Shown here piece after piece: positions 1 through 13,113 of a stretch of DNA of 64,000 bases. The notes under the pieces were generated by a model. The model saw only the letters and a list, made by a program, of their open reading frames with translations. It ran no database searches and was not told the origin of the DNA. Position 1 is the first letter of the stretch. Every line of letters begins with the position of its first letter. The position numbers were made by a program, and so were the translations under genes. Source of the DNA: Antedon mediterranea (taxonomy: Eukaryota > Animalia > Echinodermata); the NCBI RefSeq assembly GCF_964355755.1, contig NC_092675.1, positions 27,438,912 through 27,502,911 on the forward strand, given 5' to 3'.

Positions 1-39
1 GCTGTAAACATGTACGATTATTGACCGCTCCCTGTTTAC
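1..39 (-). CDS. Probable next coding exon (runs off the window) of the Ig-domain cell-surface gene
   Basis: Acceptor ccttcaacag| at 40-41; phase-1 join with exon 562-789 gives the open frame RKQGAVNNRTCLQ. Confidence 0.45.
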
Positions 40-154
40 CTGTTGAAGGATATTAAATTTACTATAATTGATAAACAAATTTAATACACACAAAGAAACA
101 TTTTGTTAGAAAATGATATTACAACATTATATATATATATATTTTTTTAACCAT

Positions 155-383
155 ATTTAATGAGGGTGATCCATCCAGCTATTGCTGCAGTCATTAGGGA
201 CCCTCAGAGGTTCACAAGACAAACATATACACAAGCTGCTCTACATAACAAAGTCTTATTACAAGTCTTTGGAAGTGGAGAATTTGGTCCTTAGAAAAAA
301 TCCTGTGACATGTGACGGGACTTGAACTCAGAACCCTTGGAGTGGTAGCCAAGGATCATAACCACCAAGCCACAACTCCACCC
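155..383 (-). mobile_element. tRNA-derived SINE copy
   Basis: Minus strand has A-box-like TGGCTTGGTGG and B-box GAGTTCAAGTCC. The 3' part (gagggtgatccatcc...tagggaccctc on +) recurs at ~60267-60308 next to a decayed L2/CR1-like tail. Confidence 0.55.
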
Positions 384-561
384 AAAAAAAAATTTGATAG
401 GATATTCTGGGACCTGTTCACTAGATCGTTGACTGATGCTGCAGTCCTAGAATAAAGCCCATTCTGTTTTCTTAGAAAAGTTCATATTTATTTTGACTAA
501 TTGTAACATTTTATTTCTAGTTTTAAGGTTTAACTAAATTGAGTAATCGGAATATACCTAC

Positions 562-789
562 GTCCAAAAGTGATGAAGACCTCTTGGCTGTCATTAGAAA
601 CTCGACAAGAATATTTACCACTTTGATCAAAAGATGACATATTAATTCCCAAAATCGATTCATTAGATTTTAAAATGGTCTCATTAAAATACCATGTTAT
701 TGTATCTGCTGTCATATCCAAGTTGCAGCGTAACTCTAATACATCACCCTCAATAAGTTCAACAGGTTTTGGTTGGCTAGGCAATGTCA
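562..789 (-). CDS. Ig-domain exon (phase 1-1, 228 nt) of a cell-surface receptor-like gene that continues beyond the left edge
   Basis: ttttacag| acceptor and |gtaggt donor; translation ..VLELRCNLDMT..ITWYFNE..SGKYSCRVSN has the Ig C/W/YxC signature. Confidence 0.85.
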
Positions 790-924
790 CTGTAAAAGAA
801 AAAAATTGTTCAAAATTCTATTTTGAAAAAATTCATTCATTCTGTTATAGGTGTACTGGATTCAAAAGTGAAGGTGAAAGAAATTTCATAATCTACATTA
901 AATGAAATGCTATTCATTAAGCAT

Positions 925-1087
925 TATACGGTATATTTTGGAATATACTGTATAATAGCCACAGACGATGGGAATATTTATATATACGGTATATTCTTTA
1001 TGAGACCCATTTCTGCTGCCAAAAAATATACGGTATATAAAATATACCGTATATATACGGTATATTTTTGGCAGCAGAAACGGGCCA
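925..1087. mobile_element. Fragment of the ATACCGTAT-rich Harbinger-type MITE family
   Basis: Contains the tttggcagcagaaacgggcc end and several ATACGGTAT motifs, as in the copies at 18233 and 22748. Confidence 0.6.
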
Positions 1088-3069
1088 TGTATGGATCTCT
1101 AAAAAAAGAACTTATTCCTTAATTTTCAAATCAAATTATAGCAAATAAAGTATATTCTAATCATTCATTTTAGGAACAATTACATTTTTATAATAATATG
1201 TCCATCCATTTTTTCAACTTCCTTTTATAACCACAGGCTTTGTATATAATTGTTTTGTATAATTTATATAAATTTATATATATATAATTTATATAGATTT
1301 TTATTAATTCATTTTTAAAATGTTATCTAAGCATACAACATATATATACTACGTTCTCAAAATAATGTGTGAAACAGTGACTACTGTACATCTTATCCTT
1401 CTTTTTTTAATTTAAAAAATAAATAATCAAATAAAATCAAATGATCATTGCTAATAATTGATCAGAAAACTACAAGTATGTGTGAGAATTTCACTGTATG
1501 CACGTACTGTACGAAAGTACAATTTACAACATTTCTATTGTTTTTTTAAAATTTAGCATCGAAAATCTTACAATTGATTTAAGTGCATGTGATATTAACA
1601 ACATGATGCAACACCTTGTGCAATGTACTCAAAATGAAATTCTATGCATTGATTGGATGCTGAAAAATATAAATTTGGAAATCATTGTGAAACAACAAAA
1701 GAACAAGGGTGTGCTAACCAATGCTTACCGGTATTGTATCAGGAAACATTTAAAAAAAAAATACAAAAACAAAGGAAGAAAATACAGATTTAAAAACAAA
1801 GTAAAAAAACAAGGTAGCCTGAAAACATGCAAGTCTGTGTCTGCAGTAATTAGGTCTGTCAGCCTGAATTCTGTGCCAGGCTGCAGCCTATTGTGATTTG
1901 TAGCTACAAGCTTGAAATTATGTGCAAGTATGCATCCAGAAGACTATTCAAACCTGCAGCCATGTAGAATTCTATGCAAGGCTGCAGCAACATTATTTTG
2001 CAGCGGCAAAAGTCTGCTGACATTTAAATCTTTCAACTCATTAAAATATTTTCCTTATTCAACTCATAAGACATTCATAATTATTTGAACGCTATCAATG
2101 CATGAGACCGTTGTTTACAAAAGTGAAGAATTCCTGTGAAAAAAAGTCTAAAGCCTGGGCAGTTGGTTCAGGAAAAAGATTAAAAAACATAATCAATTTG
2201 ATTTTAATCATACAAAAAATTATAAGGAAGTGTTTTATTTTCATAGAAGCACAAAAAATATTTTTTGTTGACCTTTTTATAACTTAGAGAATGAGTAGGA
2301 AAAATTAACTGTAAATATAGCACCAAAATAAATAACAACTTTAAGTTGCTATTATGTGATTAGAACATGTATGGTGTAAACAAAATGCCTCTCCCCTTGG
2401 GTAGGCCTACGTCTACAGACATCATCAAACCATGTTATGAGCAATGTGTGTTGAGGTCGTTCTTTTTATACTGAACAATCAGCAAATCAAAATGGTGGAA
2501 TTATTTTTTTCATACACATTCAAATTTTGTTCCATGTTACACACATTTTTTATTCATTTATGAATTTTTGATGTTCTCAATATATTCCTATATTAATATA
2601 TAGTAAATGTGTTAATTACTTAACGTATTATTATTTACGACAGAAACATGTTTTTTAACCAATGTTTGATTTATTTTTTATTGAAATGAACATTTCAAAT
2701 TATCAAGGGCGGATACAGTGGTGATAGCGCCATATTTTGTTTATACGAACTGCTACAGTACCGGTATTGATATTGTGGATCACCATTATCAACAAGATAC
2801 CTTTTTAGCCTCAACTTTGAATTAAACTTTATCTACAATTCATTTCCAAGAAGATAATTTTCAATTATAAAAATCAATACACTTCAATCAAATTCAAATA
2901 TCACAGAATTTGTGACAACAGTAAAACGAAGAGACTAAATTGAGTACACGTCGTCACACTTGCCATTTTGTTTTTAATCTATCTAGTCAGTAGGCATTTT
3001 GAATGCTAAAGAGGAGTCCCAGCTTCTAAACAAAAGAAAATTTATTTATATAGTATAATAAAACCTTAA

Positions 3070-4536
3070 AGACCCCTTCCCTGCAATTTTGGACGTTTTT
3101 TGGAAAATAATACATATATATCACTTTAAAAACATTAAACCATGTCATTCCTTGTCTTAAATGTACGTTTTATGGTAAATTATGATAAAAAGTGAGAAAC
3201 TATGCACTACCTAAGTAGCTCGCGGCGATCGACCTCTCGTGGACGGTCTTAGGCCTAGCCTAGCTAGGCTTAGTTTTGTAGGCCTAGCTGGTAAACATTG
3301 GTAACGTACGAACATCATACGCTAGCTATATACCTAGCCTGACGTAGTATAGTTGCTGCATTAATTGTCTTTCTATTTTTGCCAGACTCCGTTGATACAA
3401 ATTGGGGAAAACCCGGTATTTTCGCTGAAAAGTTAAGAGTTTTCCATTTGTTTTGGCCTCACGATCGATCGAAAAGTGGGTGAATTACAGGTGAAAAACA
3501 AAAATATCAATCCGCGCGCAATGCATTTTGGGATTTATAGCGGGCCGCTATAATTATTAGAATCGACTTATTTTTCACATTTTTAACCGTTTAAAGACGA
3601 AAAAAGTTATCGCAATAGGACCATATAGTATTATTTTTACATTACCGTATATTTCGGTGTATAAGTCGCACCTGTGTATAAGACGCACCCCCAACTGAGA
3701 GTAAAATATCGGTATTTTTTATATCGTCGATGTATAAGACGCACCTAATATTTCATCAAAACAATGTTTTTTTAAATTGTAATCAATATTATTGTAATAA
3801 TATATTTTGTTATATCTACAACGGCATCCTTTATTTATGTTTTTTTCTTACCTAGGCTCGGCCGCGCCCAGCCTCAACAAGTTCTTTCTAACTTGTTATT
3901 CATGAGTTTCGCCGCAACATCGAGTGCATGACCGTGTGTGTAACACGCACGTGTGTGGGCTAGCCTCGCTTGATCATTTCTAGAGGGCGCGCGTTTTCAC
4001 GGACAATCGTATTCGATTAGTATCTATGTATCCGAGAAGTGTGTACGCTAGGTCCATGCTATAATCACCTGGAGAATATACTAGTCGAATACCGTACACC
4101 ATGTGGCCACCAAAATAAGGGCTTGCGCTTGGGGTACGGCGGTCGTGCGTATAACTACTGTATAAATAAATACTATTCCAATCGTACGACGTAAACGTTT
4201 ACAAATAAAATTTTATCGGAGCGCCATAATGAACAAATCTTTTCATCATATTTAGTATAACATCATGCTGAAATGACTTGAAAACTAGGCAGAAGCAGGT
4301 TGCCATTACGTTAGTTAGTTACTGTAGCTAGGCCTAGCCTACTCGCCTAGCAAACGAGGTGATAGCCTAGGCCTATGTACAATCTGTGTGATGAGGCATT
4401 TATGTTCGGTGTATAAGACGCACCCTTAATTTAGAGGTCAAATTTGCGTGTCAAAAGTGCGACTTATACACCGAAATATACGGTAAATATAGTTTGTGAT
4501 CTTAAATTAGATCTAAAAAACGTAGGGAAGGGGGCT
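3070..4536. mobile_element. Kolobok-type MITE (TTAA TSD, AG...CT ends) with a nested Tc1/mariner MITE
   Basis: TTAA at 3066-3069 and 4537-4540; TIR agaccccttccct / agggaagggggct; near-identical inverted uninterrupted copy at 30070-30692. Confidence 0.85.
3645..4483. mobile_element. Tc1/mariner-superfamily (pogo/Tc2-like) MITE with CCGTA termini
   Basis: TIR CCGTATATTTCGGTGTATAAGTCGCAC / GTGCGACTTATACACCGAAATATACGG; TA duplicated (3643-3644, 4484-4485); the empty site is visible in the 30070 copy. Confidence 0.9.
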
Positions 4537-6373
4537 TTAATTTATAATTACTTTAATTTTCATATTTGTTGATTTTTTTGTTGTTGTTGAAAAGATCGAT
4601 CTTTTTCTAAATGTTGAATATACTGTTAAATTGCAAAATGTCTTAAAAATCCACATTTGACTCAATATAAACTGTTAAAACACCTGTACTGTATGTACTG
4701 TACATTCTCACAAACAACTCAAGGCTATAGTGCCCTCACTGTGGAATATAGTATAGTACGGTAGGTTGTGATTGTGAATAAGTAATTTTCTGGACGGTGA
4801 AATGTTTTCTTTGTTTGTTGTATTGTTATATACCAAAGTTGCATTTATAAATTATAAATTAATAATAACTATTAAAAATTAAAAATATTTTAAAAAGAAG
4901 TCAAGTAATAAATAAATATACTTTAGTAACACATGAAAGTGTAGGCAAAAATCAATGAAACATAATATAGAATCTTGAAAATGAGATATAGTCCAGTTAA
5001 TAAATAAAACTGAATCACAAAAGCAAGCATGTACAGATGAATATGTAGAAGCAGATACATTTAAAATTCACAGGTGACCGGTGTTGACATTTCAGAGTTA
5101 TCTATTAACCAATTTGATTATTGGAATGGTATAAAGGAATTAGTGTAGGACTTAAGAAACTTTTAGCTGATTATCTGATTAAAGATATAGATCTTGCCTG
5201 TGTGCTATCTCAAATAAAACTTGGAACATCTATCATTGAATTTGTATGTGTGAATACATAGAAAGCTCAAGATCTTCATTTTGTGTCATTATATCAAACA
5301 CATATCAGACAGTATAACAGTACTCTAGAAACAAACTAGCCAAGAACCAAATATTTAGAATAAATAATAATTTTTCAAATACATCATCATTTAAATACAT
5401 CATCATTTAAAGAAAATGGATAGCCAGGGTTCTTTGTACCATTGTAAAGCTTTGAGGAATATGGTAGCCTTTTTATTAATCATTTAAACATATAATAGGA
5501 AAATGATGACATTTAACATTTAGGCGTTTCCCGGGGATGGTTGATCAAGAAGTGGCAATCATCACAGTCTCTTAAATTACTATACCGTCTCCTTCATCTA
5601 CTGTCCAGAAACGAAAGCTTGATAATAATTCTGAATAATCAGGATCTGAATCGTATAATAAATCTTTTTTAGAATGCATGCCTTTAGGTGTATTAGCTAA
5701 TGTGTCAACATAATAGTCAGCCAAAAGGGATGAAAATAAAACTAACTGGCATTTTATTTTGAGAAAATTTTGAAATTATAAAACAATTAAAGAACACAAA
5801 CAAATTATTGTCTTGTGACTATAATTTTGTTTCTTCAAATAACATCTTTTTTTTTAAAACCAAATTCAGAAAACAACAATTTCAGTATAATATATAGAAG
5901 ATAACAAACTGTGGTACAATATTATGCAGAATGATCCAAGAACCAGACATTCTGAAGGAGAATAGGCAGCCAATCATGAAACAACTCATTCCTTATTTGC
6001 ACAAGTATTTATATAAAATAACAATTAGACTGAATAACCCCAAGAAAAAGAACAACAATCCTGCATAAACAATAATAAAAAAACATCAAAAAGAAAAAAA
6101 AAACAATCCAGGTTGCTTCTGGATATTCAAGGCTAGACAATTAAACATAAATGGTAATAAAGTTGAAAGAATTGAGTGTTGATGAGAGATAAATATTAAT
6201 TGGCAGATCATTCCATAGTTTTGGCATGTACTTGAGAAAGATCTGTGTAGTGTTACAAAGACGCCAGCCTAGTTAAATCAATGAAGGACCAATTCTACCT
6301 CGTTCACCTAATAAAAAAATTGAAATACAGATGGATCCTATTATTTATTAGTAAACCTGTATCTTATTCTTAA

Positions 6374-6699
6374 AGATGTATTGCCCCCCTGAAAAAATAA
6401 TTCTTAAAATAATTTTTGTTGAAATATTCCATTTTAATGTAACATAATAGCTATCCATTTTGGACCAAAAATTTTAGGTCAAAAAAAATAAGTATTTACC
6501 TGAAGAAAATGTAATTTAAAGCAAACATTTTTTTGGTTGAATTTAACCTTTTATTTTGTCATTTTATAAGTGAAAACATTATTTTTTCCGTTTTTTTTCC
6601 TACGAAAGTGATAAACTTTATTAAAACTACAAAATAACCTATTCAAAGTCTGATTTAATTAATCTTCATTTTTCATATTTTTTGGGGGACAATACATCT
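6374..6699. mobile_element. Kolobok-type MITE, family 2
   Basis: TTAA flanks; TIR agatgtattg.cccc / ggggacaatacatct; sister copy at 7036-7380. Confidence 0.75.
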
Positions 6700-7035
6700 T
6701 TAAAAATGTTAAGAAAGTTATAAAGTGATGAAAGTTATTGAATTAAAGATAGAAAAAAACTTATTAAGTAATCTTAAATGTTTACAAAATTGAAGTACAC
6801 TGGCGTATAAGCTTTTACAGAAGTCTCCAATGTATTTAAAGATTGTTGTCATTAATCACAATCCAGTTCATTTAGCTCGATATATATCAGTTCTTGATGT
6901 TTAATTGAAATACAGAAAACAAACTACTAAAACTATATCAAATGATATAATATATCATCTGGACATCAAAACATGTATGTGAATCTAAAAAAAAAAGAAC
7001 ATCAGATAACACCAAGTAACTGCAATACCAGTTAA

Positions 7036-7380
7036 ATATATATTGTCCCCCTGAACAACATATTTTCTAAAATGTTTTTGTTGAATTTTTATGTCAGATA
7101 ACAGTTATTCACTTTGATCAAAAATTGGATTGAAAAACAATTATTTAACATGAAAAAACAATAATTTTAAGCAAAAAAAATAGTCAAACTGGATGGAAGT
7201 CAATGAGCGTTTTGTTGAATTGAACCAGTTAATTTGTCTTTTTATAAATGTAAACACTATTTTTTGTAGTTTTGTTTTTCTACAAAAGTGATTATACTTT
7301 ATTAAAACTGTGAAATGGCCTTTTCAAAGTCTTTTTTTATTCATCTTAATTTTCCTTTTTTGGGGGGGAACAATACATCT
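7036..7380. mobile_element. Kolobok-type MITE, family 2 (second copy)
   Basis: TTAA flanks; ends ...caatacatct|ttaa; internal similarity to 6374-6699. Confidence 0.7.
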
Positions 7381-10300
7381 TTAAATTATATTATGTGTTC
7401 AGTAAAGTTTGCAAGTTAGGGAGTAATTTCCTGTTTCCTGTATTAAGTACCTCCTTTAGATATAAAATTCCAGGTACTCTCGAAGGGGAAAAAAAAATAG
7501 CTTTAAGAGTATTTAAAAATATCAGCACCTTATTTTTGTTTTTTTCTTCAATATTTGAATTGCAATATTCTGTCTTTTGTCTTCATCAACAGATTTAAAC
7601 TTATTTCCACCTTTTTCCCATTTTTTTGAATCACTTAAACCTAGCTAGAGCAATTCCTTGTCTCCACTGTATCGTTCACATGGGGGTTCGGGGAGAGGAG
7701 TTATGTATTTTTGCTTTGTCATGTTATTTTTATACTATTTTACTCATATTTAAAAAATTTTTTTTTTCATTGTGTTTTTCTTGTAGGCCTACATTGCTGG
7801 TCGTGTGACCCGAGGGGTCGTAGGGTTGATTCGCAATCACACATTACAACTGTCTCATTTATGTGGCAATATCTGTGTTCTTAAGAAGTCCATTTTGGTA
7901 ATGTTGTCTATTGTTTTGATTTTTATTTTTTTTTTGGACGATTAGTTTATTTACATTTTCGTGATTTATAGTTCTACAATAAATAAGATTAGATACAATG
8001 ACATGAACGAACAACATGATAAATGAAAAGACTATGCAAAACACACTATATTACATTTTATGCTATGCATCATTTGTGACTATAATGGCCGAGAGATACA
8101 AGAACGTGACAAATTTTACTGAACCTCTCTAACGATCTTATACAAAAATAAAAAAAATAAAAAGAGAGAATATTTTTTTTAGCATTTCCAAGATATACTT
8201 TTGTAGTTCACATTCTGTTCAATGACACCACACCAGTTATAAATATTATTATGTACATTATTATACAATGAATGTTTATGAGTTATTGAGAGAATATTTT
8301 CATGCATAAAAGATTGACAAGGTGGAGCCGAGTAAGTCAGACTTGATGGAGATTTAACCCATATATTGTGTGTTATCTTTTGCTATGACTCAAATTTAGG
8401 GGGATGGGAGAAGCTTCCAGGATTCGCCATGGCATATGATAAAATATTAACCAATCAGATAGATGTGTAGAAATGATTTCTTGATGTAAATTACATAAAG
8501 CCTAAACTTAAAAGGAATAAAGCACATTAAGTTGATGATTAATAAGGGTCTACGTTTAGAAGCTTTACTTAATGCCACAAGAGAAACATGGTGATGTACG
8601 GGGACTTCATGGGGATTACAGTTCGATTCCAATGGTGTGATTTATTCCAATCATTCATAATAATGTAGTAGATGAAAACTCAGCCACTATGGATTACGAA
8701 AGATTAACTGTACTTGATAAAATTAAGAAACTTATTAAAAGAAAAACTGGAAAGAGTTTGTATGTGAATTTGTTTAAAAAAAAGTTAAATGACTTTGGAT
8801 ATGAAAGCTGGGCGCAACAACACTGTAATCAGGAGGTGGCAAATATTTATTATAATTTCAATTCTAACTTTTAACAACAATTCTTGACACAGCGGTAACT
8901 AGCAGATAAATGTCCATAGCAGTTTATAGCCTATTTTATGGTCCGCTGTGGCATACTAATAATATTCATGCTAACTAATTACTTTATTTCAATATATTAC
9001 AATATTTACTATTTCTTTTATCATCATTGATTTCCACTATGCAATACAGTACTTATTTATTTAACATAAGCGATGATTTATAGATAGTTGATCATCTTCT
9101 ATATAAATCAACTCAATGCATCATTTTCACCACAAGGGAATACATTTAAATCAAAATGTGAATATCAAATTATCTAACTTGATTATATAAATAGTTTTTA
9201 CACCTTCTTTTTACACAAGACACTTGAATACGCAAACAACTTTAAAATCTTTTCTTTTCATGATCTAATATTCCTAAAGTTTTACAATAAATGTACAAGT
9301 TACATCTATCTTCTCATTCAGTTCATTTTATGAACAGAAACATGACTTGAAATTTGCCTTGTACTGATTGTCACAAATAATAATATAAATTCCAAACAAG
9401 AATATCAAATGTTTAAAATTGTCATTACCAATATCATAAAATTGCAACACTGAATAACTGACTGATAAAAATACAGACAGTATACAGTACATATTAAAAA
9501 GATGTATTTTGTTCTCCAAAACATAATGAAGATAAATAAAATCAGACTTTGAATAGGCAATTTTGAGATTTTAATAAAGTTTTATTTAAAAAAAACAACA
9601 AAAACAATGATTTCATATTTAACCATCAACCTATTGTCTGATAATTTTACACTTCTTTTCTTTCATTTACAGGTTTTTTTTTATGTATATAATTTTGTTT
9701 CCTGACAGACTAGCAACAATAATGGGTTTGCTCTGAAATTGTGCTTCTCTTTTCCTGTCTCCTTGGTTTTGTTCAGTTTTAAAGAGCATGCTTATCTAAC
9801 ACAATGATGTTAATTCATTATGTGTGAAAAAAGATGATTTTTATTGACATTAAAAAAAAGAATCTCTCTTTTAAATATCTTTTAAATGTAGGTTTAGAAG
9901 GTCACACTTTTATGTATAATACACATAACAATAATATCTTTTATTAATAAAAAAACTGCTTTAGGCATATGGAAAAAAAAGATAATAAACAGACTGTGAA
10001 AAGCTTGAAAGATATTGTTTTTTTGCTTTGTCGACTACGATCACCATTGGTGTTAGGCTTTTTTTGACGGTGTTCACGTGTGTTTAATGTTTATAAATAT
10101 ATTCTTTGATGCAATAGCACATGTTTCTACAGGATCATATCATACACAAGGGAGCAATAAGGCCACTTTCATCAATTTATGTACAATATGTAAAGCAGCC
10201 AACATAGCACATCAACACATCAAACTGATAAAATGAAGTTTTAAAATCACACATTCCTTAATTTATACCTATAGAAATGTATATACTGTGGTTATTTTCT

Positions 10301-11384
10301 ATATTTTTGCTTGTAACACTATTTAGGGTTTTAAAATAATAGGTTACACATACAGAAAGTTGCATGTATGTAGTTTATATTTTAGTATTAATGATGTATT
10401 TAATCTATTCACTATAGTAGATATAAATATTAATTCATTAATAGTTAGCTCACATTTCTTTAATATTGTTATAATTAAAGTTTGCAATCAAATGAAACTT
10501 TGCAAGTTACATTCTCACTTAAAATCAAAATGTTTAAATCATGAACTGAATTCAATCTGACCATCTTGTCTGTGAGTAAATTTATTACTAATTTGTTTTT
10601 CCAAATGTTTTTTTTTAAATCAAGTTCAATTAATATGGGAATCGATGATAATAGCAAACATAATACTTACAAAGGGAAGATTAAAGTCTGTAGAGCTGAG
10701 TAGTAGTTTTAACATGGCGTATGTAACTGACTTTTCATGCTATGTTTTGACGCGGTCGTTCAAAACTCCGGAAGGAGGGCTTGAAATGTACAGTACATAA
10801 AGTATTAAATGAAAATACAAAAATTACCATAAGCTATAAACCAGTTACATGGTATTACAACATGGTCAACCTTCATCTTTATAAATGAGTTTAAACGTAC
10901 AGTATGCGCAAACACCCAATGCACTCATCAACTCAAAGTTAGCATAGGTTGTATGTATAAGTACTGTATGTGCCAACCTTATGCTAGGCCTCGGCAAACT
11001 TTGTGCCAACCTTATGCTAGGCCTCGGCAAACTTTTAGCTTTACATTATGGCTATTCGTAGTCGAGTGATGCAAAAATAAATTAAGAGAAGAGAAATGAA
11101 CATTTCAATTTTCCGACCATCAATTTCTATAAAAAACAAAATGATGATTGATGTGGGGCCAAAACTTTAATATGTTGATGGCTGATGCGTCATGTATTGC
11201 CCAAATGGCCTTACGAAAAGAATTCTTTGAATCAATGATTAATTAATGTTTCGCACAGCTGTAGTGCGTCTGTTGCTTTGTGTATATCAGCCGGGTCAAA
11301 AATATGTTATTTTGCTGTTGTTACTGTCACCGAATATATTTTGTTTGTAAGATGTTTTTGTCAATTGTAATTTGTACAAAATAC

Positions 11385-11447
11385 ATTTGAGAATAATTCT
11401 TAAAAAAATCTACTAGGCCTAGATTTTTATAAGAATTATTCTCAAAT
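11385..11447. repeat. 63-bp near-perfect palindrome centred on TAGGCCTA
   Basis: atttgagaataattctta...ctaggcctag...taagaattattctcaaat. Confidence 0.8.
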
Positions 11448-12659
11448 AGTTTAGCAATTTGGCAGATTGATTAATTTGCTTTTTCCATTTCTTGATCCCT
11501 CAACCTAAATTAGGAAATACTACTTAAAATCAGATAAGAACATTTAATTTGATTTGATGTTTATCATTATAATTACCATGCAGCTTTTCTTGAGAGTTCA
11601 ATATCTCTTAAACATGTGAGAAATGTGTTGTTTTTTTACGAAGGTCGGGAGTTCTGGGAACGTTTTCAGATAAATCGGTTCTTATTCAAGCATTTAGAAG
11701 TTTTAGGGCTTTAAAGACCAGTAGATTTTACTATAAATACTTCACAATGTTCAATTATGATTAATCAATAAGGTAATTTGCGGCAACATATGAGATTCTC
11801 TTAGGGAAACATACTGTAATGATAAAGTGAGTCTATACAACATTTGTCTTGTCTAAATCAATGCCAACATTGTAAAATTGACGGTACACAAAATTTCAGT
11901 TCAAACAAAAACATCGTCAAATCTGATATATTGTCTCTAATGCGATTGAAACATTAAAAAAATTAGATGACTTCATGTTCGTGAAAAAAAAACAATCGAC
12001 CTTTCAAAGTATCAAAATATAATTATATAAGAATAAACACACCATATAAAACGTATGATCACATAGCCTAGAATTTGATCAACAGCTGTAAGACCAACTA
12101 CTATGAATTTGTTATAGACCGATATGAGATCTGTTACGAGTTCCTAAGCGAGCTCAGCGTCCTGTTGTTAGATTGCCTTGATCAGATTCAATTGACTTCA
12201 GCAACTGCGCAATATTAATTAATCATCGCAAATAAAGCATGAATTTAATATTACAAATAACATAATTTATATAATATATTCTTGGTTCAAGATATATTCC
12301 TATATTAATTCACTAGGAAACATAGTGGTCTGCATGATTAGCGGTTTTAATTTCAGTTAAGTGCGTATCTCGTTTATTCAAACAATGCATGAGCGAGAGT
12401 GATGCATAATTTAAGTATACAAAAGCTAGCCTCCCAAAATACAGTTTAAAGTTTTCTGCAAGCAATAACAGGAATAGGTAGCTACTGTATATCACACTAC
12501 AAGATTATATATCTGTATACAATGTATAAATTAAAGGCACAGAAGAAATTCTAAACTGCCTGGAGAAATGACTGAAAATGAATTAGAATAAAGATGAAGA
12601 AATGTGGGAAAATGAGAAAAGCCACACCAACCGAGATTCTGGGAATCTTCTACTTGTTA

Positions 12660-13113
12660 TAAAGGTAAAAGTAAAGGTAAAGGTATTCATATTTGTCCTC
12701 AAGCTTAACTGGAAACTGAGGAAATTCGGATTAGGTCCTCCACGGACCCACGGCAGCCAGCAGTGCAGCGCCTACCAGATTAGCACACCGGGAGACGATC
12801 CCCTACTCTTTTCAAGTTCTTTAACGTGCACTGTTAAGTACACGGGACCAACGGCTTTACATTCCATCCGAAGGACGAGGCAATGAGAGTAAAGCATCTT
12901 GCCTAAGGATGCAATTAGTATGGTACAGATAACCTCGAACCCATGCCTATCATATGCTAGTCCGATATTACCATTACACCATCACTCTCCAGTATATACA
13001 GCACCCGCCGCGATTTCTAGACGGTCTCCCATCCAGAACGCAACCGGGCCCAACGTTGCTTAACTTCGGTGATCTGACGAGAACCGGTGTTTCAACGCAG
13101 TATGGCCGTATGC
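12660..13113 (-). mobile_element. Chimeric SINE: 5S rRNA head + tRNA-like segment + CORE-like hairpin + Deu-like domain + (TTTACC)n tail
   Basis: Minus strand starts GCATACGGCCATACTGCGTTGAAACACCGGTTCTCGTCAGATCACCGAAGTTAAGCAACG (5S-like); second copy at 21503-21940. Confidence 0.85.

Noticed and set aside
1498-1896. 132-aa ORF and similar short AT-rich ORFs in the track
   Set aside because: Low-complexity K/I/F/N-rich translations in introns or repeats, without splice structure or motifs.
5571-5775. Minus-strand open frame (LADYYVDTLANTPKG..) as a coding exon
   Set aside because: No good acceptor or start codon and no recognisable domain; probably chance or a decayed repeat.
5900-6300. LINE remnant on the minus strand (WNDLP-like motif); similar at ~60380-60850
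   Set aside because: Too decayed and rearranged to set boundaries or class by eye.
10671-10715. Alternative first coding exon (gccATG..|gtaagt)
   Set aside because: Phase 0 is incompatible with the phase-1 Ig exon and the peptide is not signal-like; no other support.
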